This document shows, in pieces, positions 12,700 to 25,622 of a DNA stretch of 64,000 bases; the first letter of the stretch is position 1; each line of letters opens with the position of its first letter. The position numbers and the translations under genes are program-made. The notes under the pieces were generated by a model that saw nothing but the letters and a program-made list of their open reading frames with translations, did no database searches and was not told where the DNA came from. Source of the DNA: Octopus bimaculoides (Eukaryota); contig NC_068981.1 in the NCBI RefSeq assembly GCF_001194135.2, positions 9,967,756-10,031,755 on the forward strand, given 5' to 3'.

Positions 12700-13475
12700 A
12701 AATAGCATTCTGCATAAGTTACCTAACCTGAATACACATGAGAAAGCCAAAAATCTGAGGAATTTGTCGGAAAAAGGTATCTCGTATAGACGTACAGTGT
12801 TAAAAATCATAGACATATATTAGTAGTAGACGAAGAACGTCTAGTAGCGGCGGTTGAATCGCTAAATCTAGATTTCTGATCTTTTGAACGTCATCGGTAG
12901 CAGGTATTCGCTAGCAATTCCAGCTTTGGAAAATTTTTACCTCTACTGATATACAAAAACAGTGACTATCAATTCACTGGTGTCTCGATTAGCCAGCATG
13001 CAAAATAAAAATTTGTTAATGGCGACAGAAGCAGTATTATTTCAAAATGGGATTTTGTTTATCTTACTTAACGTGGATATACTGTATAAAGTCTGAACAT
13101 TGCAGTATTAGTCTGAAGAAAGCATCTCGTATAAAAAACATCTCGTACATAAAACATACTATTTTATCAGTCACAGGTAACAAGTGTCTAACAGCAGCGA
13201 TGGAATTGCTAAATTTAGATATCTGCTTCTTTGAGCGTTATCAGTAGCAAGTATCCGCTAGTGAATGTATGTTTAGAAAAAAATTAGCCTCGACTGACAA
13301 ATAAAAACAAGGATTAACAAGTTACTGATGCCGCAAGTAACCGACAAGAAAAATAAAATTTCGTTCGGAAACAGTAATAATTTAAAATAGCATTCTGTAC
13401 ATCTTACTATGCAAATATACTATAGAAAACCAGAAATCTGCGGCATTGCCTCGAGAAAGCATCTCATATAGACGT
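12700..13475. repeat. Diverged tandem repeat, ~340-bp unit, ~2.3 copies
   Basis: Anchor atctc(g/a)tata at ~12780, ~13123, ~13460; aatagcattctg at ~12701 and ~13386; gctaaat(c/t)tagat and gtagca(g/a)gtat shared by units 1 and 2. Confidence 0.75.
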
Positions 13476-13959
13476 TTGTTAATTCAACCAACTGAGATGG
13501 TGGAATGGCTGAATTACTTATACGTCAGTGAAAGAGTGTTTATTGCATTTGGCCACCGCTGTTTACGTTCGGATTTAGAATTCTGTTGAAGACAACTTTG
13601 CCTTTCATCTTTCTACACTTGATAAATTAAACTAGTAGTCATGTTCTGGGGTTAACTCTATTCTTACCCCCAATCGTAACACTTCCTGTCTATGTCAGAA
13701 ATCAGTTTAACACATTCATATGAAACATAAAGTAAATCAATACCTATTGAAGTCTGCGAAACCTCAGAAAATTGGAGGTGTTCAACATGTTTAACCCTGG
13801 GTCAACTTGAAGCAGATCTATGATCGAAAGCGTTTTATTCATGAATAATTTGTTTGGTTTTATATTCAGAACTATGTTGTCCATTGTGAACCTCTTTAAT
13901 ATATATGAGTTTGATTTGAGGGAGTTTAGTATTAATTTCTAGCAAGTCAGTCCTTCACA

Positions 13960-14330
13960 TTGTGGATCTCTCGTTGAAACGCTGGTGTAATTGCTGCAAC
14001 TGTTATGGTTCAAGTCAGTCCTGATGGAGCAGACATGTGATCAAAGGCATTTTGCTGGGGAGTACCCCGGTTTCAGAATTTTTTTCGCGTCTCTTTCGTC
14101 CCATGTGTTCTTCTTCTAATGACAGTGAATGTTTCAAGAGAAGTGTAAAAGCCATTTCTAGCTGGTCGAGCGACTCCCGTAGTTTCAATCTATGGCCTTT
14201 AGATGCTCCGATGTTACCGGTCGGAGGTGGAGTAGATCGAGCGGGTAAGATCAATAGCATTACGTCCGCCTATAACACCTATAATTCTATGTCCACTCAA
14301 ATGTATCCCAGACTTCTAATTGATTTCTCT
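13960..14330 (-). mobile_element. Probable decayed RTE-like LINE 3' coding fragment
   Basis: Minus-strand pieces PVTSEHLK/RLKL/EMAFTLLL/GRKRR loosely match the RTE C-terminus; many stops. Confidence 0.3.
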
Positions 14331-14918
14331 GTCTGTCATCGTCAGTAGCGATAGAATTTTACTAACACTTCGCGAAACAATAATCCTAATTTATTCCTCC
14401 GTTTCTAAGATGCGATATATCGTACAAACTTCTCCAAACTGATGACACCAGCATCATGGTGCTGTAAACATGATGCAGGTAGATTCATATCCTTTTGAAC
14501 AACACTTGACACATTTTTGATCTGCAGGTAAAATGCTAGTGGATCAATATTTCTGGTAGATGATCTAAAAAGCATTATATATATTAATTTCAACCTTCAT
14601 ATGATCTAAAATTTTTCGAGTAGTAAGTATTGATTAAATTTCTATCTTACTTTTTCTGTGTTTTATTAAAACATCATTCATGATTCGGTGTATTTTCAAC
14701 CGTCTGTAATATCTTAACATTCATATATTCACTTCAGAGTACGATAAAACCACGCTAGACGTTGTTTTAACCGAATTAATCTGACTGCACTCTTTATAAA
14801 GCAATAATAGTTACTATAGACACACATACATAAATACATACACATTTACATACACACATACACATATAAGTATGTATGTATGCTTGTGTGAATGAATGAA
14901 TTTAACCAATATATTATA

Positions 14919-15620
14919 CGAGATGCGTCTAAAGAAAAACTGAACTTTAAAAATATTATTTACAATTCAACCAGACATTTCTTGGAAATAGTTCTCACCT
15001 TTAGCGACATAGCACTTCCAGCATCTTGGAACGCACCATGGAACACGTTTCCATGAGTGGTCCGGAGTTCATTTAGCGAGTTTTCTTCGATAACCGCTTC
15101 ATCCTCCATCGGTGACCCTTCAGGGAAGACTTCAACCACAGGAACGAAAATTGTAAGGAAGGGCAAAATATGGATATTATGGCAACTTCGGGATGGATGA
15201 GAATTGCTTGGTTCTTTTTTTTTTATGATAAAGATACTGATATAGAGTTACACAATCGTCTTAGTAGAGCATCCAGGTTTATGTATAATGTCCATGACTC
15301 GCATCTCCTCCTACTCGCTGCGCCTCTCAAAAGTCATACCTTCATTCACCATTTGTTTGTTCCATAAAATCGTCTAACGTGGAATAAACCCATTATGAAC
15401 TAAAATCTTCCAATCGAAACAGACGATCAACCTTCATACTTGAATGTCTCTAAGGTGCTTCTTCAGGTTGCAATGAAGATGGTCCAGTCTGTTGCTATGA
15501 CTACTTTTGTGTTTCAACACCTTAGTCGAACACCGTGTTTCATTTCCATTTACCTTTTTGAGAAATGTTTCATTAATATCCCTACGTTTAATCTATATTT
15601 CTGAAATACGACTTTGACAA
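14919..15620 (-). mobile_element. Mariner (Tc1/mariner) transposase relic with one terminus
   Basis: Minus strand: LKSSLKGHRW/EDEAVIEENSLNELRT/VFHGAFQD/KCYVAKGENYF, upstream CFDWK..HNGFIP; TA plus cgagatgcgtct TIR-like end at 14917-14930. Confidence 0.75.
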
Positions 15621-16242
15621 GAGAAAATATAGGACGGCATCAAGCTAATGTCTTTCGCTTAGATATGTGGAGGGAAGTTTTAAAATAACCTAGCTGTCTA
15701 ATGTAGCTCTCTTGTAACGGTAATCGATGGGCTGAGTGTGATAATGAAGATGAACTTTTTGGTCCTCAAACGATTGATGTTACACTGTGTCCTCTTTATC
15801 GTAACCGCAAAGTTTTCAGTGTGACACATACACACGCTCGCGCGCACATGCATACATACGTACATGCTTACATACATACAGAGAGGGAAATGTATGTGTG
15901 TGCGAGCTTTAGTTTTAACAAAAGCTCTCTATATACATGCATAATTATGATATCAATTAATGAATACCAATAAGACAATTTATTGGAGGCTTTGAAAGAA
16001 ATTTGAGGAGAAGGTAATAAAAGAAGTGATAAAAGAATTAACGGCAATAAAAAGGTAGTAAATGAGATAACAATAAAGGCGCTAATACCAGAGAATAAAA
16101 TGAGATGGTCATTAAAATTCGATAAAAATATCAGCATGATGAAATCATTAGACAAGATGCATATCAATCCAGAATTTAAAGAGATCGAGATCATCTTGTG
16201 CAGAAAAAAAAAGCTAAAATGTAAGAGTTTATTTGCAATTTA

Positions 16243-16470
16243 GCGTGGCCTAGTGGTTAGGGTATTGCACTCACGATCGCTTGATCATTGGTACGATTCC
16301 CGAACCGAACGGCACATTGTGTTCTTGAGCAAAACACTTCATTCGAGTTCCTCCAGTTTACTCAGCTGTAAAGGGATAACCGTGCGTTGGACAAGCTTTC
16401 GATGAGGGAGAATTTTGCTCGCCTAGCCAGCGAAGCATTGTGACCAGCAATGGTTTGGTCAATCATGCGA
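16243..16470 (+). mobile_element. tRNA-headed SINE (family A-related)
   Basis: gcgtggcctagtggttagg...gtacgattccc...gtgttcttgagcaaaacacttc. Confidence 0.65.
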
Positions 16471-17079
16471 TTACGCTATTATACAGGGAAATTATTTGTC
16501 AATGGAATTTGCAGTATGTCTATGAAGTAGGCAAGAAATAAGGATGCGATTCACTAAATTTGGTAAAGCTAATTCTATGGCAAAGAGAATGAAACATCTG
16601 AAAACTGCCCATGTGAAACATAGAAGCAAGTGGTCAGGCTGGGAACAGTCCACCTATAATCGCCCAAATGTGTCAGTAGCACTCCACTTTCAAGTGGCTT
16701 TAGCTCTCGTACAAATACAATTCAGCTTAAGGTGTTAGAAACCGTTTTTGGAACAGTAGAATGGCCTCATGTTTCTTGCCACTACTTTGACTGTCGACGT
16801 GATATAAGAGTCATGCCAAGAATTAGGTGTGAATTTTAAATCGAAGCTCTATTCAAGCCAATTTCTAATACGCACTTTAACAGCTTTCATTCTCTGTGAG
16901 AGTTTCATAACGACAAGCATATTCAATTTTTAAAAAAGATTTTGATCCAAGCAATACTACAAAAGAAATGTTTTAATAATACCACACACATATGCGTGTA
17001 TTTGTGTATGTATGCATGCATATATGCATGTATGTATGTATTATGTATATATGTACGTATGTATATATGTATGTATAAA

Positions 17080-17385
17080 GGCACGGACATGGCTGTTTGG
17101 TTAAGAAGCTCAATTTAAAACCACGTGGTTTCGAGTTTAGTCGCCCTTGTGCAAGTGTCTTCTACTATGGCCCCGGACCGATTGATGTTTTGTGAATAAA
17201 TTTGGTTGACGGAATCTGTATGTATATGTGCGTTTGTGTTTGAGTTTGTCAACAAATGATTCGTTTAGGCTCCCGTAAGTCACTAGTTCGACAAAAGTGA
17301 CCGCGTTATCGATTTGTTCGACTAAAACGCCCTAGAACGACACAGCATGGCCGCAGTCTAATGACTGAAATAAGTAAAAGATAAT
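17080..17385 (+). mobile_element. SINE family B
   Basis: ggctgtttggttaagaag head; cagcatggccgcagtctaatgactgaaataagtaaaag tail. Confidence 0.75.
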
Positions 17386-17984
17386 ACATAATGCAACGCC
17401 TTGAGATTGTGGATAATATGTAATTCTAAATGTTTTCATTGACGGAATTATTAATCTATAAAGTAAGATACAATTGCAAACAAACCACAAACATTTAATA
17501 ATATTCTTCTAAAACTTTGTAATGGAGTCAAATTTTAAAATACCAGGAATATACTGCAGCATTCCAGTCCCGGTAAGCCACCAGTTCTAACAACAAATGT
17601 CCATCTAATATTCTGAAGTAATTGATAACTGTTTACATTAAACAACTCCTTCTTACCAAATTTCGAGCGTAATTCTTACAAAAACTTGTGTTAAGCCAAC
17701 GCCATTGCTAAATTTCATATTTTCCGTATGATATTTTATTCTATGAATATCGAAGCTTTGAAAATTCTAGTCCCACCTTCAGTGTGACAAAATCTTTATC
17801 AATCTAATATATACATTGGTCTATATTGTGTAATATTATGATAAATTCTGACGAAATTGTGTATTCAATGAATAAAAATATTCGATAGAATCAATATAAT
17901 TATAGATTCGAATGAATAATACATGAATGTTCTGAGATCGATATTGAAAACTTATATATAAACTCAGTTTTGGATTTATTGCTA

Positions 17985-18175
17985 AGATGTTGGCTTCACA
18001 ACTAAGTGGTTTCGGGTTCAGTGCCATTGCGTAATACCTTAGACAAGTTTCTTCTACAATAGCCTAGGGATGACTAATACATGGGGAGAGAATTTTGGTA
18101 CACAGAAAGAAATCGTGTGGAGGCCTGTCGCATGTGTGTGTGCGTGTGTATGTGCGTGCGTGTGTATGTGCGTGC

Positions 18176-18242
<67 letters not shown>

Positions 18243-18688
18243 TTGCAAACAACTCGCACATGCAAGTGCTACCAGTCGAGAACTTCGCATACCGGAAGCC
18301 ACCAAGTGTATGGGGTCATCAGGAGAAAATGCGCGCCGTTTCGGGGCCTACCTCTCGACGGCATCAATGTGCACCGGCCCCCTCACTGATATGAGTCCTC
18401 GCCTGCTAGATCAACTGGTTATTAAATAAAGCTCAATATTTCTCTAGCCATCGCCTCTTTTTAACCAAATCCAGTGGCTAGCCTTCTCCACTGTAGTTTG
18501 GATATCACACATGGTGGTCTTTACCTTACGATGAGTTAGGCCCAACGATAACAGCAGTCGTCTCACACTGTGTCCTACAAACCCTCTGCATTCAACTTCG
18601 GTTGGAAAATGCTCCGCTTTCCAGCCTGCGTCTTAACTTTTCTCGAGGAGGTTTACATAACGGTCTATCTTTCGAGCCCGCGCGGCGT

Positions 18689-18725
<37 letters not shown>

Positions 18726-18890
18726 GCGTGTGAGTGTGTGTCATTTTGAGTTGGTCTGACACCGATAAAATAAGCACTAGATTTAAACTGATAATGTTGC
18801 GCGGTTTAATCAACTGAAACCATTCAAGAAAGTGTTCCAACCTCGCTAAATTTAATGATTGAAGCAAATAGGTGTAAAAGAATAAAGGGT
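17985..18890 (+). mobile_element. SINE family B interrupted in its central (TA)n by a LINE fragment
   Basis: 5' half 17985-18180, (TA)n, 451-bp insert, (TA)n, 3' half 18725-18890. Confidence 0.6.
18240..18690 (-). mobile_element. HERO-clade (R2-related, RLE endonuclease) LINE, 5'-truncated 3' end
   Basis: 18689-18444 translates DAARARKIDRYVNLLEKS*DAGWKAEHFPTEVECRGFVGHSVRRLLLSLG...TVEKASHWIWLKRGDG*, the HERO RLE C-terminal signature; ~200-nt 3' UTR follows. Confidence 0.85.
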
Positions 18891-19056
18891 CTACTTAGTA
18901 AGTTGTTGCTTAGCTTTGTCTAATAGATCAATGGTCAAAGTGTTGCAACCGCTCATAGGCTATCTCTGTGTGTAATTGGATGGGCGTGATCGGAGTGATT
19001 TGGAGTGACAGTGTTTTGACCCCCAGTGACATATATAAGATATAAGTAGGAGCCAT

Positions 19057-19435
19057 GATGTTGTTGGCACTCCGTCGCTTACGACGTCGAGGGTTCCAGT
19101 TGATCCGATCAACGGAACAGCCTGCTCGTGAAATTAACGTGCAAGTGGCAGAGCACTCCACAGACACGTGCACTCTTAACGTAGTTCTCGGGGATATTCA
19201 GCGTGACAAGGCTGACCCTTTGAAATACAGTCACAACAGTAATAGGAAGAAAGAGTGAGAGAAAGTTGTGGTGAAAGAGTACAGCAGGGTTCGCCACCAT
19301 CCCCTGCCGGAGCCTCGTGGAGCTTTAGGTGTTTTTGCTCAATAAACACTCACAACACCCGGTCTGGGAATCGAAACCACGATCCTATGACCGCGAGTCC
19401 GCTGCCCTAACCACTGGGCCATTGCGCCTCCACCA
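19057..19435 (-). mobile_element. SINE family A, young full-length copy
   Basis: Head ggcgcaatggcccagtggttagggcagcggactcgcgg; (aac)n tail; perfect 10-bp TSD taggagccat at 19047-19056 and 19436-19445. Confidence 0.95.
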
Positions 19436-20359
19436 TAGGAGCCATATAAGTCAACTAATTCACTTTTCTACTCTTTAAACAAAACTACGTTTGCTCAACA
19501 GAAATATTACAAACCTAAATAGAACTGGTAAAGAAACCATAACAAGTGAGTATTACGTGGTCTCATGTACCAAGTTTCCATTAAATGTTTTAAGCGCATG
19601 TTTAGTCACGTGCACATACGGTCACACTCTCGGCCCTCCTCCACGTTGACAAACGGAACATCAGAGGATATGAAAACTAGAGTCAGATAGGGTTGGTAAT
19701 TTAATTTCAGTTCTGTTGGCTGAAACAACGAGTCTTTCTCAAGTACACAGCACACCACCCGCTCTGAATCTACAACAATCTGAAACTACTCAGCAATCGC
19801 AACGTTGCGTCGTGTTGATAATACTTTAAGTTTGACCTTTCGCTACCTTTTTTAAATAAGTAAATGACTCTTTTAAAATCAATTAACCGTTTTGCACTTT
19901 TCACAATTTATCTTGCTCTTAGATAATCCCCAACTCATACAGTTAATCCATGATATGGCAATTTTAAAGTTTTCTAACGTTGTATTTTATAAAACATTTT
20001 CAATTGGTAGATGATAATCGAAAAAGTTCATTGCGTATTGATCGTTTGCCGTCAATTTTGATGTCTCAAATTTGTCACTACATTTTTCACCAAGCTGCCT
20101 TTGTGAATTGAAGGAAAAATCAATACAAGTTTGAAATTTTAATTTTATTTTCATCTATATTATTTTTATATTTGTTATGGGGGAGTGTGTGTGCACCTTT
20201 GTACTGTGCGTGCATATCTAATTCGGAACTATACTCACTAATGGAAATGGAAACACTAGATTTCGAAACTTTATGTCGAAGAACATTTTTTAAAAACCTT
20301 TTGATGATTGAATATATTAATACATATTCGTGCATGCTAAATGTCAAGAGAGTAGCCTA

Positions 20360-20461
20360 CTAAACACATATGATATTATATATATATATATATATATATG
20401 CGCATTTATATACATATATATGCAGAAGCATATACCTATAGTATTCATATATGTATATACC

Positions 20462-20493
<32 letters not shown>

Positions 20494-20590
20494 CGCACAT
20501 ATATGTACACATATATGCATACGCAAATAATGCATGCATATATGTATGCATGTATATATATGTATGTATATATATATACATATATATATA

Positions 20591-20623
<33 letters not shown>

Positions 20624-20660
20624 ATGTACACACATATGTAGGCATACATGTATGTGCGTG
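20360..20660. repeat. Compound (TA)n/(TG)n/(TATG)n microsatellite
   Basis: Direct reading. Confidence 0.9.
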
Positions 20661-21804
20661 TATGTAGTTTGGCTGTTGTTCTTTGCTCTCGTGTCATTCA
20701 GGTTTTAACTTATTCACGATAGTGTGTAATAAGTTCACCTCGCTGCTTCTCTTTCTAGTATTTTAATGAATTCCACCTGAAAACGTTACATACATACATA
20801 CATACATATACATGCAACAATACACATTTTATAAGCCTGTGCATGCATGCATGCGTGCATGTATGTATGTATGCGACTATATCTGTATAACAAATCTGTT
20901 TAATTCATCGACTACGCATTTTAATAAATAGTCGTGTGGAAGAGATATTTCCTTAAACAAAATGATTTTCACCCGCTTTACTGCAATCATTTTTACTTTG
21001 ACTACTGGAAAGAGGGAACTTAACTAATAGTAGCAGTTGTAATATCAATGATAGCAGCAGCAAGTGAAGCAGAAGTAACAGTTCAAGCTGCAAAGGTATT
21101 AATAATCAACGGCTCTGTTAACAATACTGCTGTATATATTTCCTCCTAAACCACTAATGAGTTTCTGCTACGGCTTCAAAGTTGTCTGCGTTACAAAGTT
21201 TGAAGGATACAATATACTTTTAATACATATTCCACAATGCCTGTATTGATGTGTACTATATTAAATGGATTAATGCTGTGTCTGTGATAATCTATCTAAA
21301 AATGTACAGAAATCGAGATTTAAAAATGGATAAAACAGCAGGACTATTTCCCGGCGGATGAATAATAATCAGAATCATAAGTTTGAATTATCTGATGAGG
21401 AGAGGACTACCGCAAACCCAAACAGCAAAAAAAAGTACTTTTCTAAATAGATCGTGCATATATTTTTCTACATTTATTGAAAAAAAAAATTGCTTCCATC
21501 CATATATATTCTTTTTTATAACTGTTCAATAACTAACTTTCGTCATTTATTTCTTTGCCTTTAGATTTTATGAATTTTTGTAGAACTTCAGTACTTTAAA
21601 TATATTGTAAAAAAAGAAGTTTCTATCTCCCTCTCTCTCTCTCTCTCTGTTTGTCTATCTGTCTGTCTTTATATAGACATATCTTTGTATTGTTTCTATA
21701 TAAATAAATGTTTTGGTGTTTAACGATTTTTTAGTAGAGCACCTACACTTATAAACGAATACACACCCACATACGCGGATATATTACATAGGTGCGCACA
21801 CGCG

Positions 21805-21847
<43 letters not shown>

Positions 21848-23934
21848 NNNNNNNNNNNNNNNNNNNNNNNNNNNNNNNNNNNNNNNNNNNNNNNNNNNNN
21901 NNNNNNNNNNNNNNNNNNNNNNNNNNNNNNNNNNNNNNNNNNNNNNNNNNNNNNNNNNNNNNNNNNNNNNNNNNNNNNNNNNNNNNNNNNNNNNNNNNNN
22001 NNNNNNNNNNNNNNNNNNNNNNNNNNNNNNNNNNNNNNNNNNNNNNNNNNNNNNNNNGAGAAAAAAAAGAAAGAAAACAAAAAAGATAAAGAGAGGGAGG
22101 AGGAGAAAGAGAAAACAAAAAAGAAATATTCATTTATTCTCAAGTAAAATATCACCGAATTTGGGAATTTTATGGAAGTAAGAGGAGAAGCATTTTATAT
22201 ATGAGATAAAACATCAAAATTAAAAAAAAAAACAATGAAAATTAAAATGAAGGTCAAAGACAAACTGTTGGAATACTTGTATCAACATCATTAAAAGGTA
22301 GGAAGATATACATTTTGTTTTGTATTCCTACATATTTATATATATTTTATCGTATAGCGCTACGGTTGTTGTGTTTTTATTGTATTTTATTTTAATTTGT
22401 TTTATTTCTTTTGTTTTTATTGGCAATTACTATAAATATTGATTTTACTACAAATGCATTATGGTGGGATGGGGTATATATTAAGCTGTTGTAAACCTTA
22501 GCAGATATTCCTAATAGGATTATAAAAAGGTTGTATATGATATACAACAAGAATATATACATACGTGCATACATGCATACATATATATATCTATTCATTG
22601 TGTGCCTCTTCGTATGAGCAAAGTCGTCTTTCCGAAAGTAAACAGTACTCAGCATAATTCCCCAAGAAGTAGAACGTGTTTTATTGTTTGCGACTAGATT
22701 GTAATTAATCCTATATCGATCTTAGATTATCTTGATTAGTTGTGAACGAGATCACTTAAGATTGAAACAGCGTAAACTCTAAAAATTATTCAACAATACA
22801 TAAACACACACACTATATATATTCATATACATACTGCGTGTATGTATGCACGCACAGAGCTGTCACCCGCTTAGGAGTATGATCTGATAACTTCTACCGC
22901 GTACCACGCTTTGGCTAATTGTTTTCCGATGCCTACGCAGTCTCGAGCAAATATAGACACACTATCGCCCCCCCCCCAGCTTTAACTCAGCAGACCATCG
23001 AAGGTATTACAGTTGGGGAAGAAAAAGGGTTGTACTATTACTAAGTTGGTGATTAATTTTAGCTAAGTTGACTAGACCAACATGAAATGATGTGCCTCAA
23101 CCAAAGTCCACAATGCCTTATTCAGTCCAGGAATCGAACCCTTCTACCTTATGATCATGAGCCCAACATTCTTGCCACGAGCCAGTTTGTATTCTGTTAA
23201 ATAGATTTTCGAATATAAAACCTGGTTATTCAATATCAGGATCAGGGTTCTAAAGTATAAACGCTTTTTTCTTGCGGAATTTGATATTGAAATGCTTAAA
23301 AGTTCACAACTTAATTGAAGAACTCGCACATTAACAATGTCGCATGTGAAACCACTTTCTTTTCAATACGTAAGTGGCTGAGTTCAAATACAAAAGGAAT
23401 CGCCAAAAAACAAAAAAGTGTGGTTTCTTTACACATATAACGTTTGTGAATATACCTCACACTATACATACTCTACTGCTACTCTCATTAATTAAGAATA
23501 ATAGCAATAATGACGAGCCGATGTAATATTTGTTTAAAAAAACATACACCGTATATATTAATTCGATACATGTCAACAGAGAGTTGGATATATATTTACA
23601 GAACAAATATTTATAGAGTATAATATTTGATAAATTGTATTTCTGTATTTCCCAAAATGGGATTTCGAATCCGTTCGCGGATTTGAGATTGAAAGTAAAT
23701 AAGGATCGTTTCCTTGGAGAAATCAATATTAACTATATTTCAAAGTTCACAGATTAATCAAAACGAACTCGTTAGGTATGTTGCATGTCCTAAACAGATT
23801 TTTTTTTTATCAACTTATGCATCACTGAAGTCGCAAAAAGTATGCAGTTTCTTCACACACGTGAAAACGTACATACATATCACATTATGCATATAAAATC
23901 AATAACCATAAATATTAACAATGTCGTTCTTAAG

Positions 23935-24840
23935 GCAACGAGCTGACAGAATTGCTTTTGCGTCGAAGAAAGTGCTTAGCGACATATCTTCTAGCTCTTT
24001 ACGTTCCGAGTTNNNNNNNNNNAATCCCGATGCGGTTAACTTTGGCATTTAATTTTTTTTTTTTTTTTTGGTTCGAAAAAATAAAGTGCCATTTAAATAT
24101 GGAAGTCGGTGCTATCTACATCCACCTCCCATCAGAAATTGCTAACTTTGTGCCAAAATTAAAAATATTTATTTCTATTCCTCATCGGTGGTGGGGGATT
24201 AGAAGATTCATTAGAGCATCGAATAAAATGTCTTGAATTACAGGGAGAGGAACGGTCGATTATATTAACTCTAGTACTTGAGTGACGCTTTATTCCCCTG
24301 TGGGGATGAAAGACATTTGTTCTTGACAGGATTTGAACTCAAGACGTAAAGATCCGCTACAAATACCTCACGGGTTTTTTTTTCTCGACGCCCCAAAGGT
24401 TTTGCAAATCCCTCCAAGACGGTAATAATGGTTTCAAATTTTGGCACGAGGCCAACAATTTTTAAGGGTGGGGAAAAGTCGATTACATCGACCCCAGTGT
24501 TTGACTAGTACATATTTCATCGGTACCGAAAGGATACAACACAGAGTCGACCTCGGCGGAATTTGAACTCAAAATATACTAACTATTCTGCCAACGCGAC
24601 GCCTTGGTGACGATAAAGGATTCAAATTTTGGCACAGAACCAGCGCCTTAATAATTTTGGGGGCGGGGATGAGTCGATTACATCGAACCCCGTGTTCAAC
24701 TGGTACTTATTTTATCGATCCCGAAAGGATGAACGGTAAAGTCAACCTCGAAGGAATTTGAAATCAGAACATCAAGGCGGACGAAATGCCGCTAAGCATT
24801 TTGCCCGGCGTGCTAACGATTCTGTCAGCTCGCTGCCTCA
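23935..24840. mobile_element. SINE family C cluster: one + copy (~23935-24165) then three tandem - copies (~24190-24840)
   Basis: Repeated gtcgattacatcga/gtacttattttatcgat/gaatttgaa cores. Confidence 0.8.
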
Positions 24841-25321
24841 ATAATAGTAGTAATAATAATAATTTCTGATATAAGCATTAGACCAAACATTTTGGAGGAA
24901 GGTTGGGGGGCTCATTATTATGATCTTACCTCACTGGCATTTTATTTTATCGACCATTGAATGATAAACTGTAAAACAGACCTCGGTGAGATTTGGGCTG
25001 AGAACTTAGAACATGCTCAAGGCATTGTGTATCACGCTGTCATCATTCTGCCGTTTACACCAACCTCGACGATAACAGCACTAGTGAAGAGGTGACATAT
25101 TTATTTAAAGCTGGTGCTTCACTACCTGGATTTTCCCACTTCAAAGCGATGACTGATATCCCCTGAGAATCGATACTACAGCGTATCAATTGCATATAAA
25201 CACATAACTATACCCTTAAACATCTCTAGAATATATTTTTTTTCTTTCCTGTGTGCGAAACAAAATTTCGTATGCACAGTAACACACACAGATACACACA
25301 CATATATGTACATATATATGC

Positions 25322-25365
<44 letters not shown>

Positions 25366-25585
25366 GACAGACACAGATTCATGCATATCTATGATTGTGA
25401 ATGTCCTTTTGAAGGTGTATATATTTATGTATCTTTGTAGCGCGTCTTTATTACAGTTGAATTAAAAAATGATTTTTCCTTCATGCTTATACAGAGCTTA
25501 AGTGCGACATACTTGAAATAAAATTTCTCTTTCTCTCATGTATGCATTTGTATATTTGTGTGTGTGTGTGCGCGCATGCATTTGT

Positions 25586-25620
<35 letters not shown>

Positions 25621-25622
<2 letters not shown>

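Noticed and set aside
14037-14348. 103-aa plus-strand ORF
   Set aside because: No recognisable domain or splice context; more likely antisense of a decayed LINE
15980-16245. ~78 stop-free codons, Lys/Ile-rich, plus strand
   Set aside because: Low-complexity A-rich composition explains the lack of stops; no motif or splice signals
19380-19430. tRNA-like sequences (also at 36410-36460, 58115-58164 and other heads)
   Set aside because: A/B boxes belong to SINE heads that continue into SINE bodies; not tRNA genes
20330-20708. Overlapping YI/CV/HT-rich ORFs
   Set aside because: Translations of dinucleotide microsatellites; same at 18.05-18.4, 41.4-41.8 and 52.9-53.2 kb
24190-24840. CRISPR-like periodic repeats
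   Set aside because: ~200-bp SINE units in a eukaryotic genome; no short repeat/unique spacer pattern and no cas genes
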